DNA of 64,000 bases from positions 26,757-90,756 of the forward strand of contig JAKLKR010000002.1 in the NCBI GenBank assembly GCA_023150565.1. Reading direction: 5' to 3'. Of this stretch, positions 18,598 through 30,307 are shown one piece after another. Below the pieces are notes generated by a model. It saw nothing but the letters and a program-made list of their open reading frames with translations, ran no database searches and was not told the origin of the DNA. This stretch comes from Planctomycetota bacterium. GTDB taxonomy: Bacteria; Planctomycetota; UBA11346. A program made the translations under genes and the position numbers. Numbering within the stretch: position 1 is the first letter of the stretch; every line of letters begins with the position of its first letter.

Positions 18598-20673
18598 TCA
18601 GGGACGGGCAGGGGCGGGCGGGCGGGCCCCGGCATGGCGCGGGTACATCTCCTGCGCCAGGAGGCGCGCCGCCGCGACCAGCGCGTCGTGGGGGCGGTCG
18701 GTGACGTCCACCAGCCCGACCGCGTAGTTCTCGCCGTCGAGATAGCGGCCGCTGGGGGACTGGTCGTACCACGCGAACCAGTGGCTGCCCACCAGCGCCG
18801 GATGGTCGAGGGCGTCGCGCACATAGGCGGTGAAGGCGGCCGCCCGCGCGTCGGCGTCCGCGGCCGCGAGCAGACCTCCCTGGGGCAGGCCGCGGTCGCG
18901 CACGCCGACATGGAACTCCGTCACCAGCAGGGGCCGGTCCCCGGGGATGCCGGCGGGGAAGAAGGCGGAGGGCAGCTCGCGGTAGATGTTCAGGCTGATG
19001 ACGTCGCAGTGGCGGGCCATGGACGCGAGCAGGGCGGGATCCTGCTCGTTGGCGCGGCAGCCCAGGTACAGCCAGGCCGGGTTGCGGGCGCGCACCGCGG
19101 CGCGGCAGGCGGCGAAGTAGGCCTCGCGGAAGTCCTCGCCGAAGGCCAGCAGGTCGGCCTGGGCCCCCGCCCCGGGGGTGGTGGCGGTGGCCGGGAGCAG
19201 GTCATCCCACGAGGCCAGGGCGGTGCCCCAGGCGGCATTGAGCGCGGCGATGGCGCCATGCCGCCGGCGCAGCGCCGCGACCAGGGCCGCCTTGGCCGGC
19301 TGCGCCGCCGGCGACGCCAGCGTCCAGCGGGCGAGGTCGCCGGGCCTGCCCCAGCTCAGCTCGTTGTCGATGAACACCCCCAGGCACCAGGGGTCGTCGC
19401 CGGCCTCCCCCAGGGCGGCCAGGGCCTGCGCGACGCCGGGGGCGAAGGCGGGATCGAAGGGGTCGCAGATGCGCCCCCAGTACCCGCTGGCCCCGGCCAG
19501 GACGGGATGGCGGGGATGCACCCCGACGGTGTAGGGGACCTCCCGGGCCGCGTTCGCCGCCGGGTCGGACCAGTTGCCGATGGTGGTGAAGCCCCAGCTG
19601 CGCAGGCGCCGCAGGCTGCGGGCGACCGCCCGTCCGCTCCAGGCATCGCCGTCGATGCGGCGCAGGTTGGCGCGCAGGGGCGAGAAGCACAGCGGGGTGG
19701 AGCCGCGGTAGTCCCCGTGCAGCACGCGCTCCGCGCGCAGCACCGCGTCGGCGAAGGCGGGGTCGTTCCAGGTCGCTTCCTGCCACCAGTCCTCGCGTCC
19801 ATCCACCGGGGTGTGGTCGGCGACATTGACGCAGTTCACCCCCTGGCTCCAGAACAGCCGGCCATCGGGATCCACCAGCCACCAGCGGCCGTCGAGGCGC
19901 TCGGTGCGGAACCGGCCGCTGGCCGCCAGCTGGGGCCCGTCGGCCCAGCCGCCCCAGCGGTCCCGGCCGGGCGGAACCGGGTCGCGGGCCAGCTCACCAT
20001 CCTCGCGGCGCCGGGCCTCGGCCAGATCGCCCTCGGCGGCGACCTTGCCGGGCCAGGTGCGGTGGCGGTACTGGCCCCAGCGGTCGAACAGCGGCAGGGT
20101 GGCCACCACCCCGGGCGGGACCGAGCGGGATGCGTCGCGCTCGGCATGCAGGCCGAGCAGGCGGAAGCTGCGCTCCGGCCCCTGCTCGGGCAGGAACACC
20201 TCGGCCTCGGACACCGCGGCCGGATCGATGCCGCCCGGGCGCGACCGGCCCAGCTCGGGCGGGCGGTGGCGGAGGCCGAAGCAGCGGAAGGGCGGATGCA
20301 CCAGCGGATCCAGGCCGAGGCGCACCTCGCACTCGCCGCCGGGGGGCGCCAGCGCGAAGGCCTGCACCGGGTCCCGGCCGGTGTCGACGCCATCCTTGTG
20401 CAGGCGCAGCCCGACGCGCAGCGGGGTGCCGCCCGGGTTGGCGACCCGCGCCACCACCAGCAGGCGGTCGCCGAGGTCCCAGGCGCCGTCCGCCGGCCGC
20501 AGGCGCATCCCGGGATAGGGGCGGTCCGCCGCGCAGCGCACCTCCCAGGACTCCCCGGCGGACCCGAGGGGGGACAGGGTGGCCGACTGCGGGCTGGCCC
20601 GGCCGCGCAGCGGCGAGGGCGGCTCGGCCCCCAGGCCGGCCGCGGCCAGGGCGAGGAGGAGGAGATGGCGCAT
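18598..20673 (-). CDS. Secreted glycoside-hydrolase-like protein (TIM-barrel, family unassigned)
   Basis: Signal peptide MRHLLLLALAAAGLGA (Met259 of the ORF 18598..21447). The C-terminus reads LLVTEFHVGVRDRG...HWFAWYDQSPSGRYLDGENYAVGLVDVTDRPHD. It lies 29 nt downstream of a DUF1559 gene. Confidence 0.6.
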   Translation of the reverse strand: MRHLLLLALAAAGLGAEPPSPLRGRASPQSATLSPLGSAGESWEVRCAADRPYPGMRLRPADGAWDLGDRLLVVARVANPGGTPLRVGLRLHKDGVDTGRDPVQAFALAPPGGECEVRLGLDPLVHPPFRCFGLRHRPPELGRSRPGGIDPAAVSEAEVFLPEQGPERSFRLLGLHAERDASRSVPPGVVATLPLFDRWGQYRHRTWPGKVAAEGDLAEARRREDGELARDPVPPGRDRWGGWADGPQLAASGRFRTERLDGRWWLVDPDGRLFWSQGVNCVNVADHTPVDGREDWWQEATWNDPAFADAVLRAERVLHGDYRGSTPLCFSPLRANLRRIDGDAWSGRAVARSLRRLRSWGFTTIGNWSDPAANAAREVPYTVGVHPRHPVLAGASGYWGRICDPFDPAFAPGVAQALAALGEAGDDPWCLGVFIDNELSWGRPGDLARWTLASPAAQPAKAALVAALRRRHGAIAALNAAWGTALASWDDLLPATATTPGAGAQADLLAFGEDFREAYFAACRAAVRARNPAWLYLGCRANEQDPALLASMARHCDVISLNIYRELPSAFFPAGIPGDRPLLVTEFHVGVRDRGLPQGGLLAAADADARAAAFTAYVRDALDHPALVGSHWFAWYDQSPSGRYLDGENYAVGLVDVTDRPHDALVAAARLLAQEMYPRHAGARPPAPARP

Positions 20674-20702
20674 GCTGCCCCCGGCCATCCGCCGTGCGCC
20701 CG

Positions 20703-21353
20703 TCACGGAACCCACTTCCCGGCGATCTCGAGCGAACCGCCGGAGCGGAAGCCGTTCGCGGCGATGTGGCCGTCGACGAACAGGATGCTGGCCCGGCCGT
20801 TGTGCACCTCGGTGAAGTGGGTCATCCCCGGCCCGGATCCGTTCAGGCCCTGGATGTCGAAGCGGGCCACGGTGTTCCATCCCCGTGCGCTGTCCCAGGA
20901 CAGCACGGTGGCGGCGGGCTGCGCGATCTGCGCCAGCGGACGGGGCAGGCGCAGGCCGTTCCCGCCATCGAGGCCGAGGGACTGGTTGAGGGTGTAGTCG
21001 TGGGTGTAGCCGGTGGCGACCTTGAAGCTCGGGCAGTCGACCACCCTGGCCCAGGTCCTGCCGTCCTCGAAGTAGGGCGGCAGGCAGTGGTAGAACCATT
21101 GGTGCCAGGGGGTGTTCTGGCCGCTGTCGTAGACCGCCAGCCTGCCGTCCCAGTCGCCGGCGTAGGCCTGGAAGCCGATCCCCAGCTGGCGCAGGTTGTT
21201 CGCGCAGACGGCGCCGCGCGCGGCCGAACGCACCTGGTTCACCGCCGGCAGCAGCATCCCCGCCAGCACGGCGACGATGGCGACCACCACCAGCAGCTCG
21301 ATGAGGGTGAAGGCGCGGGCGGCGGGAAGCCGGGGGCGGATGCGGTGGTGCAT
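20703..21353 (-). CDS. Prepilin-type N-terminal cleavage/methylation domain protein (DUF1559, H-X9-DG)
   Basis: [38 protein letters not shown] and a C-terminal [12 protein letters not shown]. Residue counting gives a start at 21353. Confidence 0.85.
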   Translation of the reverse strand: MHHRIRPRLPAARAFTLIELLVVVAIVAVLAGMLLPAVNQVRSAARGAVCANNLRQLGIGFQAYAGDWDGRLAVYDSGQNTPWHQWFYHCLPPYFEDGRTWARVVDCPSFKVATGYTHDYTLNQSLGLDGGNGLRLPRPLAQIAQPAATVLSWDSARGWNTVARFDIQGLNGSGPGMTHFTEVHNGRASILFVDGHIAANGFRSGGSLEIAGKWVP

Positions 21354-21446
21354 GGTCGGTCTCCGGAGCGGATGGCTTGCCGGCGGGCTGCCCGGCCATC
21401 GGCGGCTCGCCGGGGGCCATCCTAGGGCCGTCCATCCCCTGCGGCA

Positions 21447-24296
21447 TTGCCGGCTTGTGATCGGGATGTCGGCGGGGTGACCGGTTCCCGGCCGCGGCTG
21501 AGCCGCGGACCGCGAGCCCGCCGCCCGCGGCATTGCCCGGTCGTGCTCGGCACGGCAGACTCGCCGCCTGTGCCGGAACCGACCGACCCTGATCCTGCCG
21601 GGCCGCCCGTACGCCGGGGCCGACGCCTGCTGGCGGTCCTGATCCGTCCCCGCACCGCCTGGGTGATCCTGGGCCTGTCCCTGCTCGCCACCGCCTGGGC
21701 CTGGTACCTGTCGGACGCGGCGGTGCACCGGCGGTCCGCCGACCGCTTCCACTTCCGCACCGAGGAGGTGCAGCTCGCCATCCGCGACCGCATGGCCAGC
21801 TACATCGCCATCCTGCGCGGCGGCGCCGGCCTGTTCATGGCCTCGCCCGAGGTCGGGCGCGAGGCCTGGCGCCGCTACGTCGACAGCCTGGAGCTGGGCC
21901 GATCCTTCCCCGGCATCCAGGGCCTCGGCTTCACCCGCGTGATCCAACCGCAGGAGCTGGCGGCGCATGTGGCGGCGGTGCGCGCCGAGGGCTTCCCCGA
22001 CTACAGCGTGCGCCCGGCCGGCGAGCGCCCGCTCTACACCGCGATCGTCTACCTCGAGCCCTTCGACTGGCGCAACCAGCGCGCCTTCGGCTTCGACATG
22101 TACACCGAGGAGACCCGCCGGCAGGCGATGGACCGGGCCAGGGACGGCGGCGAGCCGATGGTCAGCGGCAAGGTGGTGCTGGTGCAGGAGACCGAGGTCG
22201 ACCGCCAGCGCGGCTTCCTGGTCTACCTGCCGGTGTTCCGGCCCGGGCTGCCCGCCGCCACCGCGGCCGAGCGGCGCGCCGCCCTGATGGGCTACGTCTA
22301 CGCCCCCTTCCGCATGCAGGACCTGATGCACGGCATCCTCGGCCGGCAGGTCGACGACCTCCATCTCCACATCTACGATGGCGAAGGCGTGGACGAAGGC
22401 CGGCTGCTCGCTCCCGGGGTGCCCACCGACGCCGTCCACGCGGGGCCTCCGATAATGGAGCGTACGGTGGTGTTCGCGCTGCCCGGCGGCCACTGCTGGA
22501 CCCTGGTGTTCCATGCCGACACCGGGCTGGTGAGCGCTTCGGAGGAGACCCTCCCCCTGCTGGTGGCGGCGTGCGGGCTGGTGATCGACCTGCTGCTGTT
22601 CCTGGTCATCGCCGGCCTGGCCGGACGCGAACGGCGCATCCGCAGCCAGGTGCTGCACATGACCCGCGACCTGCGCCGCAGCGAGGAGCGCCTGGCGCAA
22701 TCGCTGGAGGCGGTCGGCGACGGGGTATGGGACTGGGACGTGGCCAGGGGCGCGGTGTACTTCTCGGACACCTGGAAGGCGATGCTCGGCCACGCCACGC
22801 ACGAGGTCGGCAGCGGGCTGGCGGAATGGTCGTCGCGCGTCCATCCCGACGACCTTGCCCGCGTGCTCGCCGAGGTCGAGGAGCACCTCGCCGGACGCAC
22901 CGCGACCTACCGCAGCGAGCACCGCGTGCGCTGCAAGGACGGCCGCTTCATCTGGATCCTCGACCGCGGCCGCGCCATCGAGCGCGACCCCGGCGGCCGC
23001 GCCCTGCGCCTGGTCGGCACCCATACCGACATCACCGGCCAGCGCCTGCTGCAGGAGGAGCGCGACCGCCTGGTCGCCACCCTCGAGGAGCGGGTGCAGG
23101 AGCGCACCGCCGAACTCGCGGCACGCGACCGCCGCCTGCGCATCGTCGCCGCGGTGTTCGAGCAGATCCCCTCGGCGATCGCCATCTCGGACGCCGGACG
23201 CCGCATCACCTACGCCAACCCCGCCTGCGCCCTGCGCTTCGGCGCCGCCGCCGGCCCCTTCGCCGGCCGCCCCCATCTCGAGGCGGTGTTCCCCGCCACC
23301 GCCGCTGCCGAATCCGCCGCCGCGCTCGCCGCGCTGGCGCGTGGCGAGGCCTGGAGCGGCGTCATCACCCTGGAGGTCGACGGCCAGCGGCGCTGGCTGG
23401 ATGCGCTGGTCATGCCGGTGGCGGGCGAGGACGGCGAACCCGTCGGCTTCGCCAGCGTGCACCGCGACATCACCGCCATGCGCCAGGCCGAGGCCGAGGC
23501 CCGCCAGCGCACCGAGGAGCTGATCCAGGCCGACAAGATGGCCGCCCTCGGCACCCTGGTCGCCGGGGTCGGCCACGAGATCAACAACCCGGCCAACTTC
23601 ATCTCGCTCAACACCCCCCTGCTCAAGGGCTTCTGGGCCGACGCCGTGCCCGTGCTGGAGGCGCGCGCGGCCGCCGATCCCGGCTTCCGCCTCGGCCGCA
23701 TCCCGTGGGCGCGCACCCGCGAGCTGGTGCCGCGCCTGTTCCAGGGGCTCGAGGAGGGCATCGGCCGCATCCGCCGCATCGTCGGCGACCTACGCGACTT
23801 CGCCCGCCCCGACCCCGGCCACGACCAGCCGCAGGACCTCAACCGGGTGGTGCAGGCGGCGGTGGCGATCACCCGCCACGCCGTCGCGCGCTCGACCGGC
23901 CGCTTCTCGCTCGCGCTGGGCGACGGCCTGCCGCCGGTGGCGGGCAGCTTCCAGAAGCTCGAGCAGGTGGTGGTGAACCTGCTGCTCAACGCCAGCCAGG
24001 CGCTGCCCGCCGGCGACCGCGCCATCACCCTGTCGACCGCCCTCGATCCCGGCACCGGCCGGCTGGTGCTGACGGTGGCCGACCAGGGCGTGGGCATCCC
24101 GCCCGAGCACCTGGCGCGCCTGGGCGAGCCGTTCTTCACCACCAAGCGCGACCAGGGCGGCACCGGGCTGGGCCTGTCGATCATCCGCCGCATCATCCAG
24201 GACCATGGCGGCGAGATCCGCTTCGCGTCTGTGCTCGGCGCCGGCACCACCGTCACCGTGCTGCTGCCCGCCGCCCCGGGCGGGGTTGCCAGCTGA
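21447..24296 (+). CDS. Sensor histidine kinase with CHASE, PAS, HisKA and HATPase domains
   Basis: N-terminal TM ([27 protein letters not shown]). CHASE ([15 protein letters not shown]...[29 protein letters not shown]). A second TM. Two PAS domains. [10 protein letters not shown] (H-box). GGTGLGLSI (G2). The start is uncertain: TTG at 21447 or a downstream GTG near 21545. Confidence 0.8.
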   Translation: MPACDRDVGGVTGSRPRLSRGPRARRPRHCPVVLGTADSPPVPEPTDPDPAGPPVRRGRRLLAVLIRPRTAWVILGLSLLATAWAWYLSDAAVHRRSADRFHFRTEEVQLAIRDRMASYIAILRGGAGLFMASPEVGREAWRRYVDSLELGRSFPGIQGLGFTRVIQPQELAAHVAAVRAEGFPDYSVRPAGERPLYTAIVYLEPFDWRNQRAFGFDMYTEETRRQAMDRARDGGEPMVSGKVVLVQETEVDRQRGFLVYLPVFRPGLPAATAAERRAALMGYVYAPFRMQDLMHGILGRQVDDLHLHIYDGEGVDEGRLLAPGVPTDAVHAGPPIMERTVVFALPGGHCWTLVFHADTGLVSASEETLPLLVAACGLVIDLLLFLVIAGLAGRERRIRSQVLHMTRDLRRSEERLAQSLEAVGDGVWDWDVARGAVYFSDTWKAMLGHATHEVGSGLAEWSSRVHPDDLARVLAEVEEHLAGRTATYRSEHRVRCKDGRFIWILDRGRAIERDPGGRALRLVGTHTDITGQRLLQEERDRLVATLEERVQERTAELAARDRRLRIVAAVFEQIPSAIAISDAGRRITYANPACALRFGAAAGPFAGRPHLEAVFPATAAAESAAALAALARGEAWSGVITLEVDGQRRWLDALVMPVAGEDGEPVGFASVHRDITAMRQAEAEARQRTEELIQADKMAALGTLVAGVGHEINNPANFISLNTPLLKGFWADAVPVLEARAAADPGFRLGRIPWARTRELVPRLFQGLEEGIGRIRRIVGDLRDFARPDPGHDQPQDLNRVVQAAVAITRHAVARSTGRFSLALGDGLPPVAGSFQKLEQVVVNLLLNASQALPAGDRAITLSTALDPGTGRLVLTVADQGVGIPPEHLARLGEPFFTTKRDQGGTGLGLSIIRRIIQDHGGEIRFASVLGAGTTVTVLLPAAPGGVAS

Positions 24297-24308
24297 TCCG
24301 TTGCGCGA

Positions 24309-25712
24309 ATGCTGCCGGCGATGAGCGAGCTGCCGATCCTGATCGTCGACGACGAGGAGCACACCCGCCTCGGCCTGGCCACCACCATCGAACAGCTCGG
24401 CTTCGGCGCCACGACCGCCTGCGCCGGCCTGGGCGAGGCGCGCGCCGCGCTGGCCGGCCAGGAGTTCGCCCTGGTGCTGCTCGACCTGCACCTGGGCGAC
24501 GGCTCGGGCGAGGACCTGCTCGCCGAGCTGTCGGCGAACCGCCCCGAGCTGCCGGTGGTGGTGGTCACCGGTTCGCACGAGCTGGCGACCGCGGTGCGCT
24601 GCCTGCGCGCCCGCGCGATCGACTACCTGGTCAAGCCGGTCGATCCCGCCGCGCTCGAAGGCGCGCTGCGGCGGGTGCTCGACCGCCGCGAGCTGGAGCG
24701 CGAGAACCGCGCCCTGTCGCCGCGCGGCGGAGGGGACGCCCCCAGCCATCCCGAGGCCTTCGCCGGTCTCATCACCCTCGATCCCGCCATGCTGCGCCTG
24801 ATGGTCTATGCCGAGGTGGTCGCCCCCGGCCGCCAGGCGGTGCTGGTCACCGGCGAGACCGGCACCGGCAAGGAGCTGATGGCGCGCGCCATCCACCGGC
24901 TCAGCCGGCGCAGCGGCCGCTTCGTGGCGGTGAACGCCGCCGGGCTCGACGACGAGATGCTCTCGGACGCCCTCTTCGGCCACCGGCGGGGCGCGTACAC
25001 CGGCGCCGCCGGCGAGCGCGCCGGCCTGGTCGCCGAGGCCGAGGACGGCACCCTGTTCCTGGACGAGATCGGCGACCTCTCCGCCGCCGCCCAGGTCAAG
25101 CTGCTGCGCCTGCTGCAGGAGGGCGAGTACTACCCCCTCGGCGCCGACCGTCCGCTGCGCAGCAGCGCCCGCATCGTCGCCGCCACCCATCGCGACCTCG
25201 CCGCCGCGGTGAAGGGCGGGGGCTTCCGCCAGGACCTCTACTACCGGCTGCATGCCCACCACCTGCACCTGCCGCCGCTGCGCGAACGCACCGGCGACAT
25301 CCCCGCCCTGGTGCATCACTTCGCCGCCGAGGCGGCGGCCGACCTCGGCCTGCCGGTGCCGCCGGTGGGGGCCCAGGCCCTGCGCGAGGCGCGCGCCCGG
25401 CCCTGGCCCGGCAACGTGCGCGAACTGGCGGCGGCGGTGCACGAGGCGGTGGGCCGCGGCGGCGGCGGCGCGCTGGCCTTCTCGGCGCGCAACGAGGCGG
25501 CGGCCCCGCCCGCCTCCGAGGCCGCCTTCCCCGAGGTGCTGCCGACCCTCGACGAGATGCGCGACCGCCTGGTGGCCGAGGCCCTGCGCCGCACCGGCGG
25601 CAACCTGCCCGAGGCCGCGCGCCTGCTCGGGATCAGCCGCTGGGGGCTGAGCAAACGCCTGCGCCAGGGCGGCGATGGCGCACAACCAGGTTGCGCTCCG
25701 CAACTGCGCTGA
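24309..25712 (+). CDS. Sigma-54-dependent response regulator (NtrC/Fis family: REC, AAA+ sigma-54 activator, Fis HTH)
   Basis: ILIVDDEE...LLDLHLGDGSG (REC). GETGTGKE (Walker A). GAYTGA (GAFTGA-like sigma-54 contact loop). LFLDEIGDL (Walker B). A C-terminal Fis-type HTH. Confidence 0.9.
   Translation: MLPAMSELPILIVDDEEHTRLGLATTIEQLGFGATTACAGLGEARAALAGQEFALVLLDLHLGDGSGEDLLAELSANRPELPVVVVTGSHELATAVRCLRARAIDYLVKPVDPAALEGALRRVLDRRELERENRALSPRGGGDAPSHPEAFAGLITLDPAMLRLMVYAEVVAPGRQAVLVTGETGTGKELMARAIHRLSRRSGRFVAVNAAGLDDEMLSDALFGHRRGAYTGAAGERAGLVAEAEDGTLFLDEIGDLSAAAQVKLLRLLQEGEYYPLGADRPLRSSARIVAATHRDLAAAVKGGGFRQDLYYRLHAHHLHLPPLRERTGDIPALVHHFAAEAAADLGLPVPPVGAQALREARARPWPGNVRELAAAVHEAVGRGGGGALAFSARNEAAAPPASEAAFPEVLPTLDEMRDRLVAEALRRTGGNLPEAARLLGISRWGLSKRLRQGGDGAQPGCAPQLR
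25677..25696. promoter_or_regulatory. Palindromic site GCGCAcAACCAGGTTGCGC (putative upstream activating site, copy A)
   Basis: Imperfect copy of the 17-mer palindrome found 90 bp downstream. It lies within the last codons of the sigma-54 activator gene. Confidence 0.4.
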
Positions 25713-25767
25713 CGCCGCCGTAATCCGCCGTCCTATAGGTGCTTGCCCCTACGAGCGGGCTCCCGGT

Positions 25768-25788
25768 GCGCGCAACCAGGTTGCGCGC
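25768..25788. promoter_or_regulatory. Perfect palindrome GCGCGCAACCAGGTTGCGCGC (putative upstream activating site, copy B)
   Basis: 10-bp arms around a central A. It lies about 70 bp upstream of a sigma-54-like -24/-12 element. Confidence 0.4.
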
Positions 25789-25838
25789 ACCGGCCCGCAT
25801 GCGGGCTGATTCCGCGGTTTTCCCCGCCAATCCCCGCA

Positions 25839-25856
25839 CGGCACGATCTGCGCAAT
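25839..25856 (+). promoter_or_regulatory. Sigma-54-like -24/-12 element cGGCACG-atct-gcGCA
   Basis: The GG and GC dinucleotides are spaced 12 nt apart, as in TGGCACG-N4-TTGCA. The predicted transcription start falls at or near the second in-frame ATG (25867) of the REC gene, implying a near-leaderless transcript. Confidence 0.35.
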
Positions 25857-26295
25857 GGCTTCGCGCATGACCAGCCCAGATCCCACCCCGCGCCCGCCGC
25901 GCATCCTCGTCGTCGACGACGAGGAGCAGAGCGTGCTCGCGGTCTCGTTGCTGCTGGTGCAGGCCGGCTATGCGGTCAGCGAGGCCGCCGACGGGCACCA
26001 GGCGCTGGCGCAGCTCGCCGCCCAGCCCGCCGGGGACGCCATCGACGCCATCGTCCTCGACCTGCACATGCCGGTGCTCGACGGCCTGGGCGTGCTGCGC
26101 GCGCTGGCGGCGGCCGGGATCGGCGTGCCGGTGGTGGTGATGAGCGGCTACGGCCCCGGCTCGCTCGACAGCCTGGCCCGCCGCCACGCCATCGCCGGCC
26201 TGCTGCACAAGCCCTTCGCCCCCGAGGACCTGCTCGCCCTGGTGGCGCGCGCGCTGGCGACGCCCATCGCGATCCGTTCCCCCCTGCCCGGATGA
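25855..26295 (+). CDS. Single-domain response regulator (CheY-like receiver)
   Basis: [22 protein letters not shown] and the K-P motif LLHKPF. Its stop overlaps the MCP start (ATGA). Confidence 0.85.
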   Translation: MASRMTSPDPTPRPPRILVVDDEEQSVLAVSLLLVQAGYAVSEAADGHQALAQLAAQPAGDAIDAIVLDLHMPVLDGLGVLRALAAAGIGVPVVVMSGYGPGSLDSLARRHAIAGLLHKPFAPEDLLALVARALATPIAIRSPLPG

Positions 26296-28316
26296 TGATC
26301 CCCATGCGTTTCCCCATCGCCCTCCAGCTCGCCCTGCTCGCCGCCATCCCGCTCTGCCTGGCGCTGTGGATCGGTCTCGGCCGGATCAACGACCTGCGCA
26401 ACGACACCAACGTCGCCGACGGCATGGCGCGGCGGGCGGTGCTGATGCAGGCCACCACCCGCCTGCTGGGCGCGCTGCAGCGGGAACGCGGCGCCACCTT
26501 CATGGCCGCCCAGGGCAGCGCCGGTGCCGACCCCGCCGAGCCGCGCCGGGGCAGCGACGCGGCCCTTGCCGACTGGCGCGGTCCGGCCATGGCCGCCCGC
26601 TGGCAGGAGATCCCCGACCCTGGCGAACTGGAAAGCGGCCTGGCCGCCCTGCGCGGCGGCGGCGGACCTGCGCACAGCGTGCTCGCCGGCTACAACAAGC
26701 TGGTCGACCGCCTGGTAGGGGTCCAGTTCGCGATCGCCAACGCCCCCACCACGCGCGGCCTGGGCAAGCAGCTGTCGGCGGCGGCGATGGTCGACAACGC
26801 CCGCGACCATGCCGGCCTGGTGCGCGCGCGCCTGGGCGCGGCGGCGGCCGCCGACCGCCCCCTGCCCGATGACGAGTTCGAGGCCCTGCAGCGGGACTTC
26901 AGCCAGGTGGTGGCGATGCTGGGATCCGACCAGATCACCCTCTCGGCGGAAGGTCTGCGCCGCCTGCGCCAGCTCCAGGCCTCGCCCGAGCTGGAGGCGG
27001 TCGACCGCGCCCTCGACACCATCACCGCCCGGCGCGCCGCCGGCGGCTACGGGCTCGATGCGCGCACGGTGTTCGCCCAGGCCAGCGCGATCGTCGACGG
27101 CATGGGCGCGATCATCGAGCAGGAGGCGGAGGCGGTGACGGCCCGGGCCCGGGTGCTCACCGCCGAGCAGCGTCGCGAGATGCTGACCACCGTGGCGGTC
27201 TTCTCCACCTGCATGGCCGCCACCCTGGCCCTGAGCTGGTGGCTCGCGCTCGGCATCACCCGCGGCCTCGGCCGGGCCCGCCAGCGCCTGGGCGAGGTCG
27301 CCGAGGGCCGCATCGCCGCCACCAGCCTGCCTGCCGGCAGCCTCGAGCGCCTGGCGCGCCGGCCCGACGAGCTGGGCGACCTCGGCCGCGATCTCGCCGC
27401 CGCCAGCGCATACCTCGCAGGCATGACCCGCGCCGCCACCGCCCTCGCCGCCGGCGACCTGCGCTGCTCGGTGCAGGTCCACGGGGCGCAGGACGAGCTG
27501 GGCGGCGCCTTCGCGGCCATGGTCGCCAACCTGCGCCGCACCATCGGCGAGATCGGGCAGACCTCGCAGACGCTGGCGGCGGCGGCCAACGAGCTGGCGG
27601 CCACCAGCCGGCAGCTGACCGGCAACGCCGAGGAGTCGCAGACCGCGGCCGCCGGTTCGGCCACCGCCGCCAACCAGGGGGTGGCCCAGGTGCAGTCGCT
27701 CGCCGCCAGCGCCGAGGAGCTGTCGGCGAGCGTGCGCGAGGTCGCCGGCAGCAGCCAGCGCATGGCCGCCCAGATGGGCGGGGCCGCGCAGGCCGCGCGC
27801 GCCATGGGCGTGGCCGCGGCCAAGGTCGGCGGCATCGCCACCGCGATCGGGGACATCGCCGAGCAGACCAACCTGCTGGCGCTCAACGCCGCCATCGAGG
27901 CCGCCGCCGCGGGCGATGCCGGTCGCGGCTTCGCGGTGGTGGCCGGCGAGGTCAAGACCCTCGCCCACCAGGTCGCCAGCGCCTCGGCCGACATCCAGCG
28001 CCTGGTCGCCGAGATGGCGCCGCAGATCCAGGCGGTCGACCAGGGCATGGGCGGCTCGCTGTCCGCCGCCCAGGGCATCGCCGCCGCGGTCGAGGAGCAG
28101 GCGGCCACCACCGCCGGGATGGCGGGCGGCCTGGGCGAGACCGCCGGCGGCCTGGGCGAGATCGTGCACGGCGTCGAGCTGGTCGCCGGCCAGGTGCGCG
28201 AGGTGGCCCAGGGCAGCACCCATGTCGCCACCACCGCCGACGAGCTGGACCGCGCGGCGCAGCGGCTGAAGGCCATCATCGCCGGGTTCCAGCTGGGGCA
28301 GGACGCGCGGCCGTGA
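26292..28316 (+). CDS. Methyl-accepting chemotaxis protein with an N-terminal NIT-like sensory domain, HAMP and MCP signalling domain
   Basis: N-terminal TM, then a NIT-like region ([43 protein letters not shown]). A second TM and HAMP. The conserved MCP core [35 protein letters not shown]. The start is Met184 of the ORF 25743..28316. Confidence 0.85.
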   Translation: MMIPMRFPIALQLALLAAIPLCLALWIGLGRINDLRNDTNVADGMARRAVLMQATTRLLGALQRERGATFMAAQGSAGADPAEPRRGSDAALADWRGPAMAARWQEIPDPGELESGLAALRGGGGPAHSVLAGYNKLVDRLVGVQFAIANAPTTRGLGKQLSAAAMVDNARDHAGLVRARLGAAAAADRPLPDDEFEALQRDFSQVVAMLGSDQITLSAEGLRRLRQLQASPELEAVDRALDTITARRAAGGYGLDARTVFAQASAIVDGMGAIIEQEAEAVTARARVLTAEQRREMLTTVAVFSTCMAATLALSWWLALGITRGLGRARQRLGEVAEGRIAATSLPAGSLERLARRPDELGDLGRDLAAASAYLAGMTRAATALAAGDLRCSVQVHGAQDELGGAFAAMVANLRRTIGEIGQTSQTLAAAANELAATSRQLTGNAEESQTAAAGSATAANQGVAQVQSLAASAEELSASVREVAGSSQRMAAQMGGAAQAARAMGVAAAKVGGIATAIGDIAEQTNLLALNAAIEAAAAGDAGRGFAVVAGEVKTLAHQVASASADIQRLVAEMAPQIQAVDQGMGGSLSAAQGIAAAVEEQAATTAGMAGGLGETAGGLGEIVHGVELVAGQVREVAQGSTHVATTADELDRAAQRLKAIIAGFQLGQDARP

Positions 28317-30292
28317 AGGTTCCCCGCCGACGGCCGCGCCCGGCGCCGCTGCAGGCGGCGCAGGCCGGCGGCGTCGGCCTTTGGGAGCTCGACCCCATGC
28401 GCCCGGCGCTGTCCTGGGACGGGCAGATGCACCGCCTGCACGGCGTCGAGGCGGACGCCTTCGCCCTCACCCCGGCGGCCTGGCTCGCGCTGGTCCATCC
28501 GGACGACCGCGACCGCGTCGGGGCCGTCCTCTCCCGGGCTCCGGCCGGGGGCGACGGCATCTCCACCCGCCTGCGGGTGGTGCGGCCGGACGGCGGCGTG
28601 CGCCACCTGCGCCTGCAGGCGACGATCGAGCGCGACCGCGCGGGCGGGGCAGCCCGCATCGCCGGCGCCTGCTGGGACATCAGCGCCGAGGCCGAGGCCG
28701 TCGCCGAGGCGGAGCGGGCCAGCCAGGCCAAGAGCGCCTTCCTGGCCACCATGAGCCACGAGATCCGCACGCCGATGAACGGCATCCTGGGCATGACCGA
28801 GCTGCTGCTGGGCACCGCCCTGGATCCCGAGCAGGAGGACTTCGCGCGCACCGCCTACCAGTCGGCCGAGGCGCTGCTGGTCCTGCTCAACGACCTGCTC
28901 GACTTCGCCAAGATCGAGGCCGGGCAGATGGCCTGCGAGCGCATCCCCTTCGATCCCGGCCGGCTGGCCTACGACCTGGCCGGGCTGTTCCGCCCGCGCC
29001 TGGAGGCGGCCGGGGTCGAGCTGCTGGTGCGGGTGGACCCCCGGCTGCCCCGGCGCGTGCTGGGGGATCCCGGCCGCTTCCGCCAGATCCTGGTCAACCT
29101 GGTGGGCAACGCCCTCAAGTTCACCCGCCAGGGCCACGTGCTGGTCGAGCTCGCCTGGCAGGACGGCGCGGTGCGCCTGGCGGTGGTCGACACCGGCATC
29201 GGCATCCCCGCCGAGCGGCTGGCGCGGCTCTTCCAGCCCTTCGTCCAGGCCGACGCCGCCACCGCCCGGCACTTCGGCGGCACCGGCCTCGGGCTGGCGA
29301 TCAGCCGGCGCATCGCCGAGCTGATGGGCGGCACCCTGACCGCCACCAGCGTCGAGGGCCACGGCTCCACCTTCACCGCCCGCCTGCCGCTCCCGCCCGA
29401 CGGCGAGCCGCCGCCGATGGCGGCCTCGCCGCTGCGCCTGGCCGGCCGGCGCCTGCTGGTGGTGGACGACAACGAGGTGAACTGCCGCATCGTCGGCGAG
29501 CAGCTGGGCGTGCTGCAGGCCCGCGCCGAGACCGCGACCAGCCCGGTGCTGGCGCTGGCCGCCATCGCCGAGGCCGCCGCTGCCGGCGACCCCTTCGCCG
29601 CGGCGGTGGTCGACCACCGCATGCCGGTGCTCGACGGGCCCGACCTCGCGCGGGCCATCCGTGCCGAGGCGTGCCACGCCGGCATGGCGCTGATCCTGCT
29701 CTCCTCGACGGGGGTGAAGGGGGACGCCCGGCGCATGGCCGCCCTGGGCTTCGACGGCTACCTGGTGAAGCCGGCCTGCCTGGAGGTGCTGGGCGGGGTG
29801 GTGGCCACCGCCATCGAGCGAAGGCGCCAGGACGCCGGCGGGCTGGTCACCCGCCACACCCTGCGCGAGGCGCAGGTCGCGGCGCCGGCACCGGCCGGCG
29901 GGAGCGCGACCGGGGTGCGCGTGCTGCTGGCCGAAGACAACCCGGTGAACCAGAAGCTGGCCCGCCTCATGCTGACCCATCTCGGCGCCGAGGTGGTGTT
30001 GGCCGGCGACGGCCGCACGGCGGTGGAGCTGGCCGGACGCGAGCGCTTCGACCTCGTCTTCATGGACTGCCGCATGCCGGTGATGGACGGCTTCGAGGCC
30101 ACCGCCGCCATCCGCGCGCGCGAGGCCCGCATCGGCGCGCCGCGCCTGCCGATCATCGCCATGACCGCCAACGCCATGGCCGGCGACCGCGAGCGCTGCC
30201 TGGCCGCCGGCATGGACGACCATCTCGCCAAGCCGGTGCGCGAGCAGCAGCTCGCCGAGGCGGTGGCGCGCTGGACCGCCTCGCCCTTCTGA
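28313..30292 (+). CDS. Hybrid sensor histidine kinase/response regulator (PAS, HisKA, HATPase, REC, REC)
   Basis: A GTG start overlaps the MCP stop (GTGA). PAS ([23 protein letters not shown]). H-box [18 protein letters not shown]-boxes [19 protein letters not shown]. Two receiver domains ([10 protein letters not shown]...; [11 protein letters not shown]...[14 protein letters not shown]). Confidence 0.85.
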   Translation: MKVPRRRPRPAPLQAAQAGGVGLWELDPMRPALSWDGQMHRLHGVEADAFALTPAAWLALVHPDDRDRVGAVLSRAPAGGDGISTRLRVVRPDGGVRHLRLQATIERDRAGGAARIAGACWDISAEAEAVAEAERASQAKSAFLATMSHEIRTPMNGILGMTELLLGTALDPEQEDFARTAYQSAEALLVLLNDLLDFAKIEAGQMACERIPFDPGRLAYDLAGLFRPRLEAAGVELLVRVDPRLPRRVLGDPGRFRQILVNLVGNALKFTRQGHVLVELAWQDGAVRLAVVDTGIGIPAERLARLFQPFVQADAATARHFGGTGLGLAISRRIAELMGGTLTATSVEGHGSTFTARLPLPPDGEPPPMAASPLRLAGRRLLVVDDNEVNCRIVGEQLGVLQARAETATSPVLALAAIAEAAAAGDPFAAAVVDHRMPVLDGPDLARAIRAEACHAGMALILLSSTGVKGDARRMAALGFDGYLVKPACLEVLGGVVATAIERRRQDAGGLVTRHTLREAQVAAPAPAGGSATGVRVLLAEDNPVNQKLARLMLTHLGAEVVLAGDGRTAVELAGRERFDLVFMDCRMPVMDGFEATAAIRAREARIGAPRLPIIAMTANAMAGDRERCLAAGMDDHLAKPVREQQLAEAVARWTASPF

Positions 30293-30307
30293 CCGCGCGG
30301 ATCCGCC

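Noticed and set aside
16314-18911. 865-aa minus ORF, the 17654..18727+ ORF and the 18589..20997+ ORF
   Set aside because: These are alternative-frame or antisense artefacts of the GH5-like, AraC and hydrolase genes.
25855-25866. First ATG (25855) as the REC start
   Set aside because: It is not excluded. The feature keeps 25855, but the predicted sigma-54 start site falls near the second ATG (25867), so the shorter product may be the real one.
27047-30223. 1058-aa minus ORF and the 28381..30399+ ORF
   Set aside because: They are antisense or an alternative frame of the MCP and hybrid kinase genes, which have unambiguous motifs on the + strand.
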